Assembly (NCBI GenBank): GCA_963724325.1
Contig: CAVRUH010000007.1
Location: 192,001-256,000 of the forward strand
DNA: 64,000 nt
Direction of reading: 5' to 3'
From: Waddliaceae bacterium
GTDB taxonomy: Bacteria; Chlamydiota; Chlamydiia; Chlamydiales; Waddliaceae
Positions 1 through 9,165 of the stretch are shown in pieces; within the stretch, counting starts at the first letter, position 1, and every line of letters starts with the position of its first letter. Below the pieces are notes generated by a model. The model was not told where the DNA came from. It did no database searches and saw nothing but the letters and a program-made list of their open reading frames with translations. Both the position numbers and the translations under genes were made by a program.

Positions 1-333
1 TTGCCAAGGATGATCTTTCATAAATAGCTTGAGAAATTCGAGATTGTTATGACAGTTATCGTTTACTACGGGAGAGCCGTCTTTGAGTAGCTTATGTATC
101 CACCCCCCGATATTTTTGATTTGTTATCCTTCGTGTATTCTTTTATAGGCAAATTTCACTACATCTACTAAGCGTTGTGAATGGTATTTTCTAGTCCAAT
201 AATTAAGAGTGTCATCATCTACATTAAGCTTTTGCTCCTTTAGCCATAAATATACCCTATTTTGTTCCGCGGTTAATTTGTAGGGTGACTTGCTGTTGAT
301 TTCGTTGGTTTTACTGGTATTATTCAGATGCAT
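1..333 (-). pseudogene. IS passenger gene (about 151 aa when intact), interrupted by a premature TAA at 124-126; 3' end runs off the window
   Basis: GGAGG RBS before the ATG at 333. Copy 1 reads GGA TAA where copy 2 reads GGA AAA, and the frame continues as QIKNIGGWIHKLLKDG after the stop. Confidence 0.75.
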
Positions 334-1533
334 ACTTCTACCTCCAATTTGGCATGCAATATGCATATTTATATCAAGAATTTGTTTTAAAAAAAAGACT
401 TCATTACTAGGATGACCTTCGAGTAAAGGAGGCATCCGTAATGAAGTCAAAACATGAACCAACACCGTACTGTAATATGGTTAACAAAAGAAGTAAAGCA
501 GAACAAGAGGCAATTCGCTTGCAAATGGTGAGATATGCCGAAAAACATGGGAAAAATGCTACCGAAAAGAAATTTGGGTGTAGCAAAAATACTGTTGATC
601 TTTGGGTTGAAAGATATAAAATTGAAGGACGTTCCGGACTAGTTAATCGTAGCCGGGCCCCTAAGAATATTCCACATAAAACATCTCAGGAAGACGAAGA
701 TTATATCGTTAAGTGTCGCAAGGAAGTTCCGTGTTACGGACCGAAACGACTGAAATGGTTTTTTGAGATTAAGGCTTCTGAAGATGCTATAAGAAGGATT
801 CTTAAGTCCAGGGGCTTGGCAAGAAAGCGAAAGAAAAAGCACCATACAAAAAACGATCTCCGAGCAATTAAGGCAAAATATAAAGCACTCACACACCATC
901 AAGAAGATGTTAAGCATCTGAAGGACATTCCGTATTATTGGACACAAATGCAATCACTAGGCCTTCCTAAATATCAATATACGATTAGAGATACGAAAAG
1001 TGGTGGTACAGTTTTAGGATTCGCTGATGAATACAGTGAACAGTATTCAATACTATTCACTTCGTTTTATTTAGATTGGCTAAAGTATTTCAAGGTTGAT
1101 TTGAGTGAAGTAATTGTGCAGACGGACAATGGAAGCGAATTTGGTGGTGGAAGGCAACGCGGTGTAAAGGTGGATGGATTTGTCGATCTTATAGAGAGTC
1201 GGTTTGGTGCCAAGCATAATTATATTCCTCCGAGTATGAGCAATGCGAATGCAGATGTCGAAAGTATACACAATACGATTGAAGTTGAATTTTTTGATTT
1301 AGAGAAGTTCAGTTCAAGGGATGATTTCTTCATAAAGACTCAAATGTATCAAAATTTCTATAATTTTTCGCGACCTAACTTTTCTAAAAAAGCTAAGACA
1401 CCTGTACAAATAATAACAGAAGATAGAAATATTAGCCCGTCCGTGTTATTTACACCTATAGTTGATCTCGATAAATTATATAGAAGTCAGTTTTTCCCTG
1501 GAGAGGGGGGTCAACATGTTCCCAATTTGTCCG
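1..1533 (+). mobile_element. IS481-like insertion sequence, copy 1 (left end lies outside the window)
   Basis: Near-identical reverse complement of 15977-17510. Ends in the terminal IR ggggggtcaacatgttcccaatttgtccg at 1533, after which similarity to copy 2 stops. Confidence 0.9.
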
Positions 1534-1604
1534 TATTTAATATGGTTTTTTTTTGTGTTGCATTCCCTAATATCTCTTGCTATACAACCAGATATAACTT
1601 TTAA
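441..1604 (+). CDS. DDE transposase, IS481-like (HTH plus integrase core)
   Basis: AAGGAGG RBS; N-terminal HTH; DDE motifs HQEDVKHL, VQTDNGSEF and NADVESIHNTIE. The last ~23 aa are encoded by flanking DNA beyond the IR. Confidence 0.9.
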   Translation: MKSKHEPTPYCNMVNKRSKAEQEAIRLQMVRYAEKHGKNATEKKFGCSKNTVDLWVERYKIEGRSGLVNRSRAPKNIPHKTSQEDEDYIVKCRKEVPCYGPKRLKWFFEIKASEDAIRRILKSRGLARKRKKKHHTKNDLRAIKAKYKALTHHQEDVKHLKDIPYYWTQMQSLGLPKYQYTIRDTKSGGTVLGFADEYSEQYSILFTSFYLDWLKYFKVDLSEVIVQTDNGSEFGGGRQRGVKVDGFVDLIESRFGAKHNYIPPSMSNANADVESIHNTIEVEFFDLEKFSSRDDFFIKTQMYQNFYNFSRPNFSKKAKTPVQIITEDRNISPSVLFTPIVDLDKLYRSQFFPGEGGQHVPNLSVFNMVFFCVAFPNISCYTTRYNF

Positions 1605-1631
1605 TTCACCGCTACTTCTTTGGAGACTATT

Positions 1632-2528
1632 ATGTTCGATAAATCCTTGAAAAGACTGATAGCACGCTTTGTCTGGAGTCAGCTTTTCCTTGTCTTTACT
1701 ATCAATAATCCATCACTGTACGCTGACACAATCTTCGTCACTAGCTTCGTAGCGACTATGGAGAGGGTACTCTAGGAGCCGCTATTCTGGCTGCGGGAGA
1801 TGGCGATATTATCGACTGTTCTCCCATTGCTGGACAAACAATCTACCTGTCAGTCTCCTTGCCTGCGATAGGATACAATTTTACATCGTTAACATCATTC
1901 CTCACCATTCTTGGAAATGGCGTGATTATCGATGGTGGAAGCACTTACCAAGCTTTCTCATTAGCCTTAGGGTCTGCAACTATTACAGATCTCACCGTTC
2001 AAAATGCCGTCTCGCATGGTGGTGCAGGTGGTTCAGGACTCACTGGCGGCGGCGGAACCGGGGGCGGAGGCTTTGGCGGCGGCTCTGGAGGCAGTGCAGT
2101 CGAGCTTAAGCTATACCTATGATAACTTTGATTGGAAACATTCTGGCGGCAAAGCAACAATTAACAGCTACTATGGCGGATTCTACGGTCTTTGGAACTG
2201 TGATGGATTTTACATTAATGCGGCTGTTCTCGGCGGACAAAACAGATGTAGAACTTCACGCCATCTTAACTTTGGAACGATAGATAGACATGCCCGCTCG
2301 CACCACACCGGGGATGAATGGCTGACCAATTTCGGGTTTGAAACTGTTCGCATTAATCTGGATATTTCTTGACGAATCTACACAAAATGTGTAGATTCGT
2401 CAAGAAATATCCAGATTTATGCGAACAGTTTCAAACCCCTTATATTAATCTGGATTATGTCCAACTTCATGAACACAGCTTTACTGATCAAGGCTTCTGC
2501 GGTATGTTTGATGCCTCGATCTATTAAG
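1632..2528 (+). pseudogene. Autotransporter relic (signal-like N-terminus, Gly-rich passenger fragment, beta-domain fragments)
   Basis: GGAG RBS and ATG at 1632; frameshift near 1748; GGAGGSG/GGGGFGGG passenger; beta-barrel-type strands YTYDNFDW, SYYGGFYG and PYINLDYVQLHE. Heavily deleted and interrupted by a hairpin. Confidence 0.8.
2334..2438. repeat. 105-bp near-perfect palindrome (51-bp arms, 3-nt loop), MITE-like
   Basis: Arms 2334-2384 and 2388-2438 are reverse complements with one mismatch. Confidence 0.95.
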
Positions 2529-2626
2529 ATACTGAAATAGGTAATAGATACTGGGTACAGGATGTCAGATTCGACGCCAGTCTTCATTTCTAGTACTCTA
2601 TTTAATTGAGAAGGAAGATTTAAGCA

Positions 2627-4798
2627 CTAAGGATATTCTTTTTCCATGTCTTTAAGTCTAAGTTGTAAATTCATAATATCTTGATAGTCAGATCCAAATA
2701 AATTTTGATCTTTAGTTGATATTTTTTTATTAAGGTCATCTTGTTTCGCTTTGATTCTTGATTTTAACGAATCAATAGTTGTTGAATTAGACTTTTCCCT
2801 GCTGAAATGGGGTATGGTAATTCCGATGGCATTGGCATTGTCGGCTTTGCCTTGTCGAACGTGACCCCCTTCGCTAAACTTACTGCGATTTTCCAACCTA
2901 CCAATTTTATCATCTACGCTTGCTGTAACATATGCGTGTTCTTGTAGTGTTTTTAGTGCACTATCCACAGTGTCTGTTCCTTGGGTCAGTTTTAAGACTT
3001 GACTAGCCATGAATTTGCTAATTGCTGACTCGCCCTGCGCATGATCTACTGCATCCCACGATGTGACGTTGCTAAACTGTTGAGGGTCTAACATTTGGGG
3101 TGTGATGCCGAGATTGTCCGGATTCAAGTTGTCGTGAATCCCATCAGACATTAAAATGATCTGGTCACCTGGTTTAACCATTAGTGTTGCAACACTAAGG
3201 CTTCGTAAGTCGTCAGGTTCATTCTCTTTGCCTGATACCCTTCCACCGCTATCAGTTGGGTCGGTAAGGTTGCCTCGACTGCCGACGCTAATCTCTTGGC
3301 ACTTTCTTGGATTCCCATTACTGATAACAAATGCCTTACAGTCACCTATCCATGAAACTACTGCATGTCCCCCAATTATGCTGACCTGTCCCATTGTTGC
3401 CTCACCGCCTGTATTAGCAGCAGTGGCTGCACTTTTTGCTTCCCTTAAAGCCATAAGGTGCTGTTTGGCTACATCGCGCAGGCTTGACACGTTCTCGGGC
3501 TTGATTCCATCTTTGAGGGCTTTAGCTGCTGCATTGGCTGCTTTTTGTGCGCACTGCTGTGATGCCACGCTTTGTCCGCACCCGTCAGCAAAAACCAGAT
3601 TTAGGGAGTGTTGAGATGTACTCGATGTGCAATAGTCGTGGTTCCTCTCAGTGGAGGCATTCTGGAAAATCATGCCATCTGTATGTCGCCAACCCTCATT
3701 GTTTTTATTTTCTATTGTTGTCTCGTGGCCATTTGGGTCTATCGTTACAAATGAAGTTATACGTCCCTCGGCATTTAATAAGACAGAACCTTCTTTAGGT
3801 CGCAAGCCGTAATTGTTGAAAGAGCGTGAGGCAATTGTTTCGTCTTTCGGTATACCACCACCCCCTTTGATGTTGACAGGAGTATCAGGGATTCCTTTTA
3901 GAATTTCATTTTCAATCTGTTCACGTTTATCGGAAAGACTTTTCACGTGCTCTTTCAACTCTGTGCCAATTTTATTTTTTAGCAAACTATCGAGTCCGAA
4001 GACATCTTTTTCGGGATCGGATTTCTCCGTTAAAAGTGTTAAGATCTGAATGGAACCATAAGGTTGTTTATAAGGTATTCCCTTTTCGACATCTTCAGTC
4101 GATGGTTTTTTTGCCTCTGATTCTGCTTGTTGGCGAATTTTCTTCACGTCGCTAGATGAAGCCCAGCCCAATTTAACAACCTCATTTTCCAATGTGGCCA
4201 TGGCATTTTCGTGCTTATTTTTATTTTGATCATCTTTGGCATAATTCTTGCCAGTGGCCAGCCCCAAGAATAGGTCTTTGATAATTTGGGTACTTGATTC
4301 AGCATTTTTACTTTTCCAGTCGATATGGAAATCTTTGGGAACACCGGATGATACAATCTCACCTTTCTGCATTCCCAATTCTTGAGTTTTAGTATCTTTA
4401 GCAAGTTTTAAGATTTCGTAAAATTTTTTAGTTACAGCGTTATTATTAATGTTTCCACTTGAAATGGAGCCTGCGTGTTCATTGACCCATTCTTTTGCAC
4501 TTTTTGATGCTATATTGTCTAACTGGGTATGGAAATCTTTCAATTGTTGAGCTGTTACTTTTTGTACTTTTGCGCTACCGGTTATTAGGTCTATTAGGCC
4601 TTTTCCAATCCCGTTTTTGAATACTTCTTTTGTCGCCTCCATGCGGGTCATAGCTTTAAATTCACCCTCTTGGAGGTAAACGTACTTTTTCCCCGACAAT
4701 GAACCGGCTTTTGGTTCTTTTGCAGCCTCTTTGTATGCATTTTGTAATGATTCTAGATTATGATGAGCTGAGATGGATGAGTTTTTTGAAGCATCCAT
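2627..4798 (-). CDS. PP2C/PPM-type phosphatase-like protein with long N-terminal extension; candidate T3SS effector
   Basis: PPM motifs VFADGCG, WIGDCKAF, ILMSDGIHDNL and GKADNA; GGAGG RBS. Confidence 0.8.
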   Translation of the reverse strand: MDASKNSSISAHHNLESLQNAYKEAAKEPKAGSLSGKKYVYLQEGEFKAMTRMEATKEVFKNGIGKGLIDLITGSAKVQKVTAQQLKDFHTQLDNIASKSAKEWVNEHAGSISSGNINNNAVTKKFYEILKLAKDTKTQELGMQKGEIVSSGVPKDFHIDWKSKNAESSTQIIKDLFLGLATGKNYAKDDQNKNKHENAMATLENEVVKLGWASSSDVKKIRQQAESEAKKPSTEDVEKGIPYKQPYGSIQILTLLTEKSDPEKDVFGLDSLLKNKIGTELKEHVKSLSDKREQIENEILKGIPDTPVNIKGGGGIPKDETIASRSFNNYGLRPKEGSVLLNAEGRITSFVTIDPNGHETTIENKNNEGWRHTDGMIFQNASTERNHDYCTSSTSQHSLNLVFADGCGQSVASQQCAQKAANAAAKALKDGIKPENVSSLRDVAKQHLMALREAKSAATAANTGGEATMGQVSIIGGHAVVSWIGDCKAFVISNGNPRKCQEISVGSRGNLTDPTDSGGRVSGKENEPDDLRSLSVATLMVKPGDQIILMSDGIHDNLNPDNLGITPQMLDPQQFSNVTSWDAVDHAQGESAISKFMASQVLKLTQGTDTVDSALKTLQEHAYVTASVDDKIGRLENRSKFSEGGHVRQGKADNANAIGITIPHFSREKSNSTTIDSLKSRIKAKQDDLNKKISTKDQNLFGSDYQDIMNLQLRLKDMEKEYP

Positions 4799-5146
4799 AA
4801 AAAACCTCCGAGAATATGATTAAATTATAATGTTTTAGCATTTTGATTCAGGTGTCTTGTTTGGTGCATTTTTATTATTAGCAATAGCTTTAGAGTCTTG
4901 GTTAGATTCTGTTTGCATATTCCAATTTCCGTCATGGAAACCTGAAATTCTGTTCATAATTTACCTCATTATTTATAAAAAATATTATAAAAAAATCAAT
5001 TTATTAACAATCACTAAACTACCTAAGCCAATTATATCATTTATTGATATTAATTCAAATATTTTTTAAACAGAAAAAAGGCAATATAAAAACAGCATAA
5101 AGCAGGAGTTATGTTGGGCGGTAAGCTTTCTATTGTTTAATCGTAA

Positions 5147-6174
5147 GGTCTGAACCTTTCATCTTAATGCATTATTAACAATATTTTGAGCGTCAGCTAG
5201 GATTTTTTTTAGGTGATCTTCGCCTAAAAAGCTTTCTGCATAAATTTTATAAATGTCTTCTGTTCCTGAAGGGCGGGCAGCAAACCACCCATTTTTTGTT
5301 ATTACTTTCACTCCGCCGATAGGAGCGCTGTTCCCAGGGGCTTGAGTTAATATAGACTGAATTTTCTCTCCGGCAAGGTCCGAACTTCCCATGTCTGTCG
5401 TGGTCTGTATCACAAGCGAAGGCGATCTCAAAGCGATCCTTCAAATGTATTAAACGTTGCATGGCATAAGGAGAAGAAGGATCCATGCGAATTTGACCGT
5501 CCCAATCGACAGTCATAAAACTAAATGCGGGGTCGACAACTTCGCTGACGACAGTAAGATTCAAATTGTATTGATCAGCAATCTTCTTCCAATAATGAAC
5601 ACCTGCACCTCCAAGAGGATCTACTCCTAGGCTGATTTTGGATTTACTTATGATATCCATATCAATCACGTTGATAAGATCATTAATATATTTTTCTTGA
5701 TAATTATGCCGATGAGTTGTGGGAGCATTTATTGCCTTTTCATATGCAATTCGTTTTACACCAGACAATTTATTTTCAAGATATCCATTAGCTTTCTTTT
5801 CGATCCAGCTTGTGACTGCGAGGTCTGCAGGGCCGCCGTTTGGAGGGTTGTATTTAAATCCACCTTCATGAGGGGGATTATGGGAGGGTGTAATGACAAT
5901 TCCATCGGCAGGGTTTGTTTTTCTGTTAGAGTTGTAGGTAAGAATGGCATGAGAGATCACTGGAGTTGGGGTGTATTCATCACCTTCAGAAAGCATGACT
6001 TGCACACCATTGGCAGCGAGCACTTCCATACTGCTTGCCAGTGCTGGGGTAGAAAGTGCATGTGTATCCATTCCTAGAAATAGGGGACCATTAATTTTTT
6101 GTTGGAGACGATAATCGCATATTGCTTGGGTAATTACCAAGATGTGATTTTCACTAAATGATTTGCTGAAGGAA
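5147..6174 (-). pseudogene. pgm: Truncated, internally deleted duplicate of phosphoglucomutase
   Basis: Nearly identical to 9154-10657. Lacks the first ~50 codons and the segment equivalent to 9395-9871. Confidence 0.95.
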
Positions 6175-6357
6175 TTGCAGGTCCATGAATCCAAGCTTCA
6201 AATCCTTCAGAAAACAAGGGTTTATCAGTTAAAGCTAAAGTCCAGGCCTGTGCATAGTACACCAGTTTTTGCAACTTTTTATTTGAAATGCTTTTTTAGA
6301 AGATTTCAGGCTAAGATAGATAAAATATTCTGCGATGTCTTCAGCGCTTTTGAGCAT
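6175..6357 (-). pseudogene. Panacea/DUF4065 (SocA/GepA-like) antitoxin remnant
   Basis: Manual translation from the ATG at 6357 gives MLKSAEDIAEYFIYLS, then a frameshift in an A6 run, then ISNKKLQKLVYYAQAWTLALTDKPLFSEGFEAWIHGPA, the DUF4065 signature. Not in the ORF track. Confidence 0.85.
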
Positions 6358-6538
6358 AAAAATCCTTATTTATTCGACCATTTGGAAAACCGAAAACGAT
6401 AACTTCAGCCACTTTAGCAGAATAAACCTTTATCAATCAAGGTATAATCTATTTTTCTGCACCCACATAATTGTTATATAAGTCTTTGGTAAAAATCTGG
6501 CAAGAGCTTTTTTTCCAGCAACAGGGTCTAATCTGGTC

Positions 6539-6571
6539 GTGGAAAGCACCGATTTAATCGGTGCTTTCCAC
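6539..6571 (-). terminator. Hairpin with a 16-bp perfect stem, probable terminator of 6583-7836
   Basis: gtggaaagcaccgatt-t-aatcggtgctttccac, 12 bp after the stop codon. No clear U-tract. Confidence 0.55.
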
Positions 6572-6582
6572 AACCCCTTTCT

Positions 6583-7836
6583 CTAACCATTAAGGATGTT
6601 TTTCTTTATCTCTTCGGCATCTTTGATTAATTGCTGTGAGTCCTGTTTGTGAAAATTGAAGGTATCGAGTGCTCTATTTATATGTTTAACTGCCAGATCT
6701 TTTTCTTTTTTTGAAAATTTAACCTTGGCCATTTGCATGTTATACAATCCGAAATATTGATGATCATTTTTGTGGTCAAGGAGCTCGTCAGTTTCGGGAT
6801 TTCGCTCGCTTCTGCAAGCATCTGCGTGTTCTAAACTTTTTGCAATATAGAGTTCTGCTTCATCGAAATTGCTTTCTTTGAGGGCAAAGCCCGATCTTCT
6901 ACAATAGAGATTTGCCACCAAAAATGGATCTTGCTCTTCAATTTTTAAGCTTTCTCGAATTCTTATTGCTTCCATAAGAAATTTCTTTGCCTGCTCTAGG
7001 TTGCCGATCACTGCGTAGTCGCAGGACTTCAAATTGGCAACTCTTGCCAAGAAATGAAGTGAGGGATTAATTTGAGAGGCTTTATCAAGCCATAAATGCG
7101 ATGCATCAACACTTTCCGGATTTTTTCTTCGTTCAATACGGCTTAATCCATTATAATAAAGTTCCGCAAGCTCCAGCTTGGATTTTGGGTTATCTAAACG
7201 ACTTAACAGGCTATCAGCAAGGAAACAGACCTGATCAATTCTTTTATGATTTAAGGCTTGTCTATCTGCATTGTCATCTTTTTCTTGAAAGCCTGCTGTA
7301 TGACCTAAGCCATTACACAGCCAATAAAGCGTGTAACCTAAGGTATGTATTTGATCCTCATCTAGATTGGAATTAAGAATTTGTTCTGAAAATGCTTTAA
7401 TATCAAGACTGAGTAGTAGATTATCAAATGCTGAGAAGGGTCCGTGATCCATAAATTCATTTAACAAGTGAGCTAGGCTGCCTGTTTTTCCATCGATGCA
7501 GCAAAGATTGCACAGTTTGATTGCGTACAGTTGCAGATTTAGAGAAGCGCGCATCATTACCATGCAGTGAGGGTAGCAGTCTTCGTAGCAAAGTCTTCCG
7601 TATTTTGTAAAAATTTCGCTAATTAAGAGCAAGCTTTCAGGGTCCCTGGATTGAATTTCGGAATAAGCCCGCTCGAGAGTTAACTTTGCTTTATCTTTTG
7701 AACTGATGGCATCTTTTTCTTCGCCCTTTACCACAGGAATCGGAATGACTAATTCTCTTACTTTTTCCTTTATTGTGTTTAAAAGGGATGGCTGTTGGTC
7801 AAAATTTGTCTTTGTGCTGGTTAATGATGAAATCAT
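6583..7836 (-). CDS. Hypothetical protein with TPR-like helical repeats
   Basis: 417-aa ORF with TPR-like patterns (GNLEQAKKFLMEAIRI, NFDEAELYIAKSLE). Confidence 0.65.
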   Translation of the reverse strand: MISSLTSTKTNFDQQPSLLNTIKEKVRELVIPIPVVKGEEKDAISSKDKAKLTLERAYSEIQSRDPESLLLISEIFTKYGRLCYEDCYPHCMVMMRASLNLQLYAIKLCNLCCIDGKTGSLAHLLNEFMDHGPFSAFDNLLLSLDIKAFSEQILNSNLDEDQIHTLGYTLYWLCNGLGHTAGFQEKDDNADRQALNHKRIDQVCFLADSLLSRLDNPKSKLELAELYYNGLSRIERRKNPESVDASHLWLDKASQINPSLHFLARVANLKSCDYAVIGNLEQAKKFLMEAIRIRESLKIEEQDPFLVANLYCRRSGFALKESNFDEAELYIAKSLEHADACRSERNPETDELLDHKNDHQYFGLYNMQMAKVKFSKKEKDLAVKHINRALDTFNFHKQDSQQLIKDAEEIKKNILNG

Positions 7837-8049
7837 GAAATTTGTCCCCTGTCTTTTATTTATGGGTTCATATTAAAGGATTTTGATTTAAAAATCAATA
7901 ATTATTATTCATCCCCTCGTCTTACTCTTATTTTTATGCTGTTTATATTTGTTATTATCTTGTTTTTATATATTACTATTTTGACACTTTGTTGACATTT
8001 AATTATTTTTATGTTTTAATAAAAACAGTGATATTGAGGGAGGTACGTT

Positions 8050-9132
8050 ATGCAAATGCCAACTGGAGAGAGTCATAATCTTGGAGTTTGGAAGAGGGCT
8101 GGGGTGGACCCAACCCTGAAGGATGCCAAAGAAGGTTTGCAGCTCCCCAAAATGGGAGTATATCAAGGTAGAAAGATATCACAAAGCGAGGGAAGTTCTA
8201 AGGCAAAAGATGTGTTCGAAGGCTTTAATGAGGCTCTACGTAAAATGCCTGATTGGGGTGTTCGCAGATCACCTCAATCCTTGGACAAGCAGGTAAATCT
8301 CCAATTTACACGATCTAAAAAAAATATAACCCATATAGATGGCCAACAAGAGAAAGGGTCCGATAATGTTAATACAAAATCAATCCTTAAAAAAACAAAT
8401 GCGGTGACCAGAGTTATTGCAAAAGTTAACCCTTTTAAGACAACAAAAGAAGTAAGTCTTGGATTAACAGAAGAAAAATTAGAATTAGAAGATAAAAAAC
8501 CATATAGATTTGGGACAATAAAGGCGCCCGATAAAAATACTGGAGAAATGGTTGACAAAACATATTCATATGAGAGAAAACTAATGATTGATGCAAAGAA
8601 TAGGCCAGTACTTTCGGATTATCTAGATAATTTAATGTCATCTGGAAAATCAGTCACTCCTAATAATCTTACCGATGCTTTTGAAAAACAACTCGTCAAG
8701 CATTACCCAGATAAATTTTCAGATCAAAGAACTGCTATAAATTTTGTTAAGGGAACCATGACAGATGTTTTGTCTGAATTTTATGTGCAAGTAAAAAATA
8801 GACAATTATCATTGAGTGATGCAGTAAACAACTTTAAAGATGAGTTTATTAAACAACTAAAGGCGAAAAATAAAAATGAAGTCGAACTTGATGCTGAGAC
8901 CCTAAAGGATATACTTGGGGAACATATTGGGGGAAAGTCAGCTAATGTGCCAGAAGATTTCCCAGCAGATATTTTCGCACAAAAAAAGGAAGAGTATGCA
9001 GAAACAAATGAAGTTACTTCGGTGATTTATACTGATGAGTTCATCAAGGATTGGGAAAACATGACACCGGCCTTAGAAAAAGTGATGGATAATGCCGCAT
9101 TCAAGAATCTGCTTCAAAAATGCTTTACTTAA
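8050..9132 (+). CDS. Hypothetical protein (effector-like, Lys-rich)
   Basis: 360-aa ORF with a GGAGG RBS after an AT-rich upstream region. Confidence 0.7.
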   Translation: MQMPTGESHNLGVWKRAGVDPTLKDAKEGLQLPKMGVYQGRKISQSEGSSKAKDVFEGFNEALRKMPDWGVRRSPQSLDKQVNLQFTRSKKNITHIDGQQEKGSDNVNTKSILKKTNAVTRVIAKVNPFKTTKEVSLGLTEEKLELEDKKPYRFGTIKAPDKNTGEMVDKTYSYERKLMIDAKNRPVLSDYLDNLMSSGKSVTPNNLTDAFEKQLVKHYPDKFSDQRTAINFVKGTMTDVLSEFYVQVKNRQLSLSDAVNNFKDEFIKQLKAKNKNEVELDAETLKDILGEHIGGKSANVPEDFPADIFAQKKEEYAETNEVTSVIYTDEFIKDWENMTPALEKVMDNAAFKNLLQKCFT

Positions 9133-9165
9133 GCACCCACTTTGACTACAAAGGGTCTGAACCTT

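Noticed and set aside
5247..6194. 315-aa ORF as a functional second phosphoglucomutase
   Set aside because: It lacks the N-terminal FGTSGHRG, frameshifts at the deletion, and its start comes from an off-frame reading of the DUF4065 remnant.
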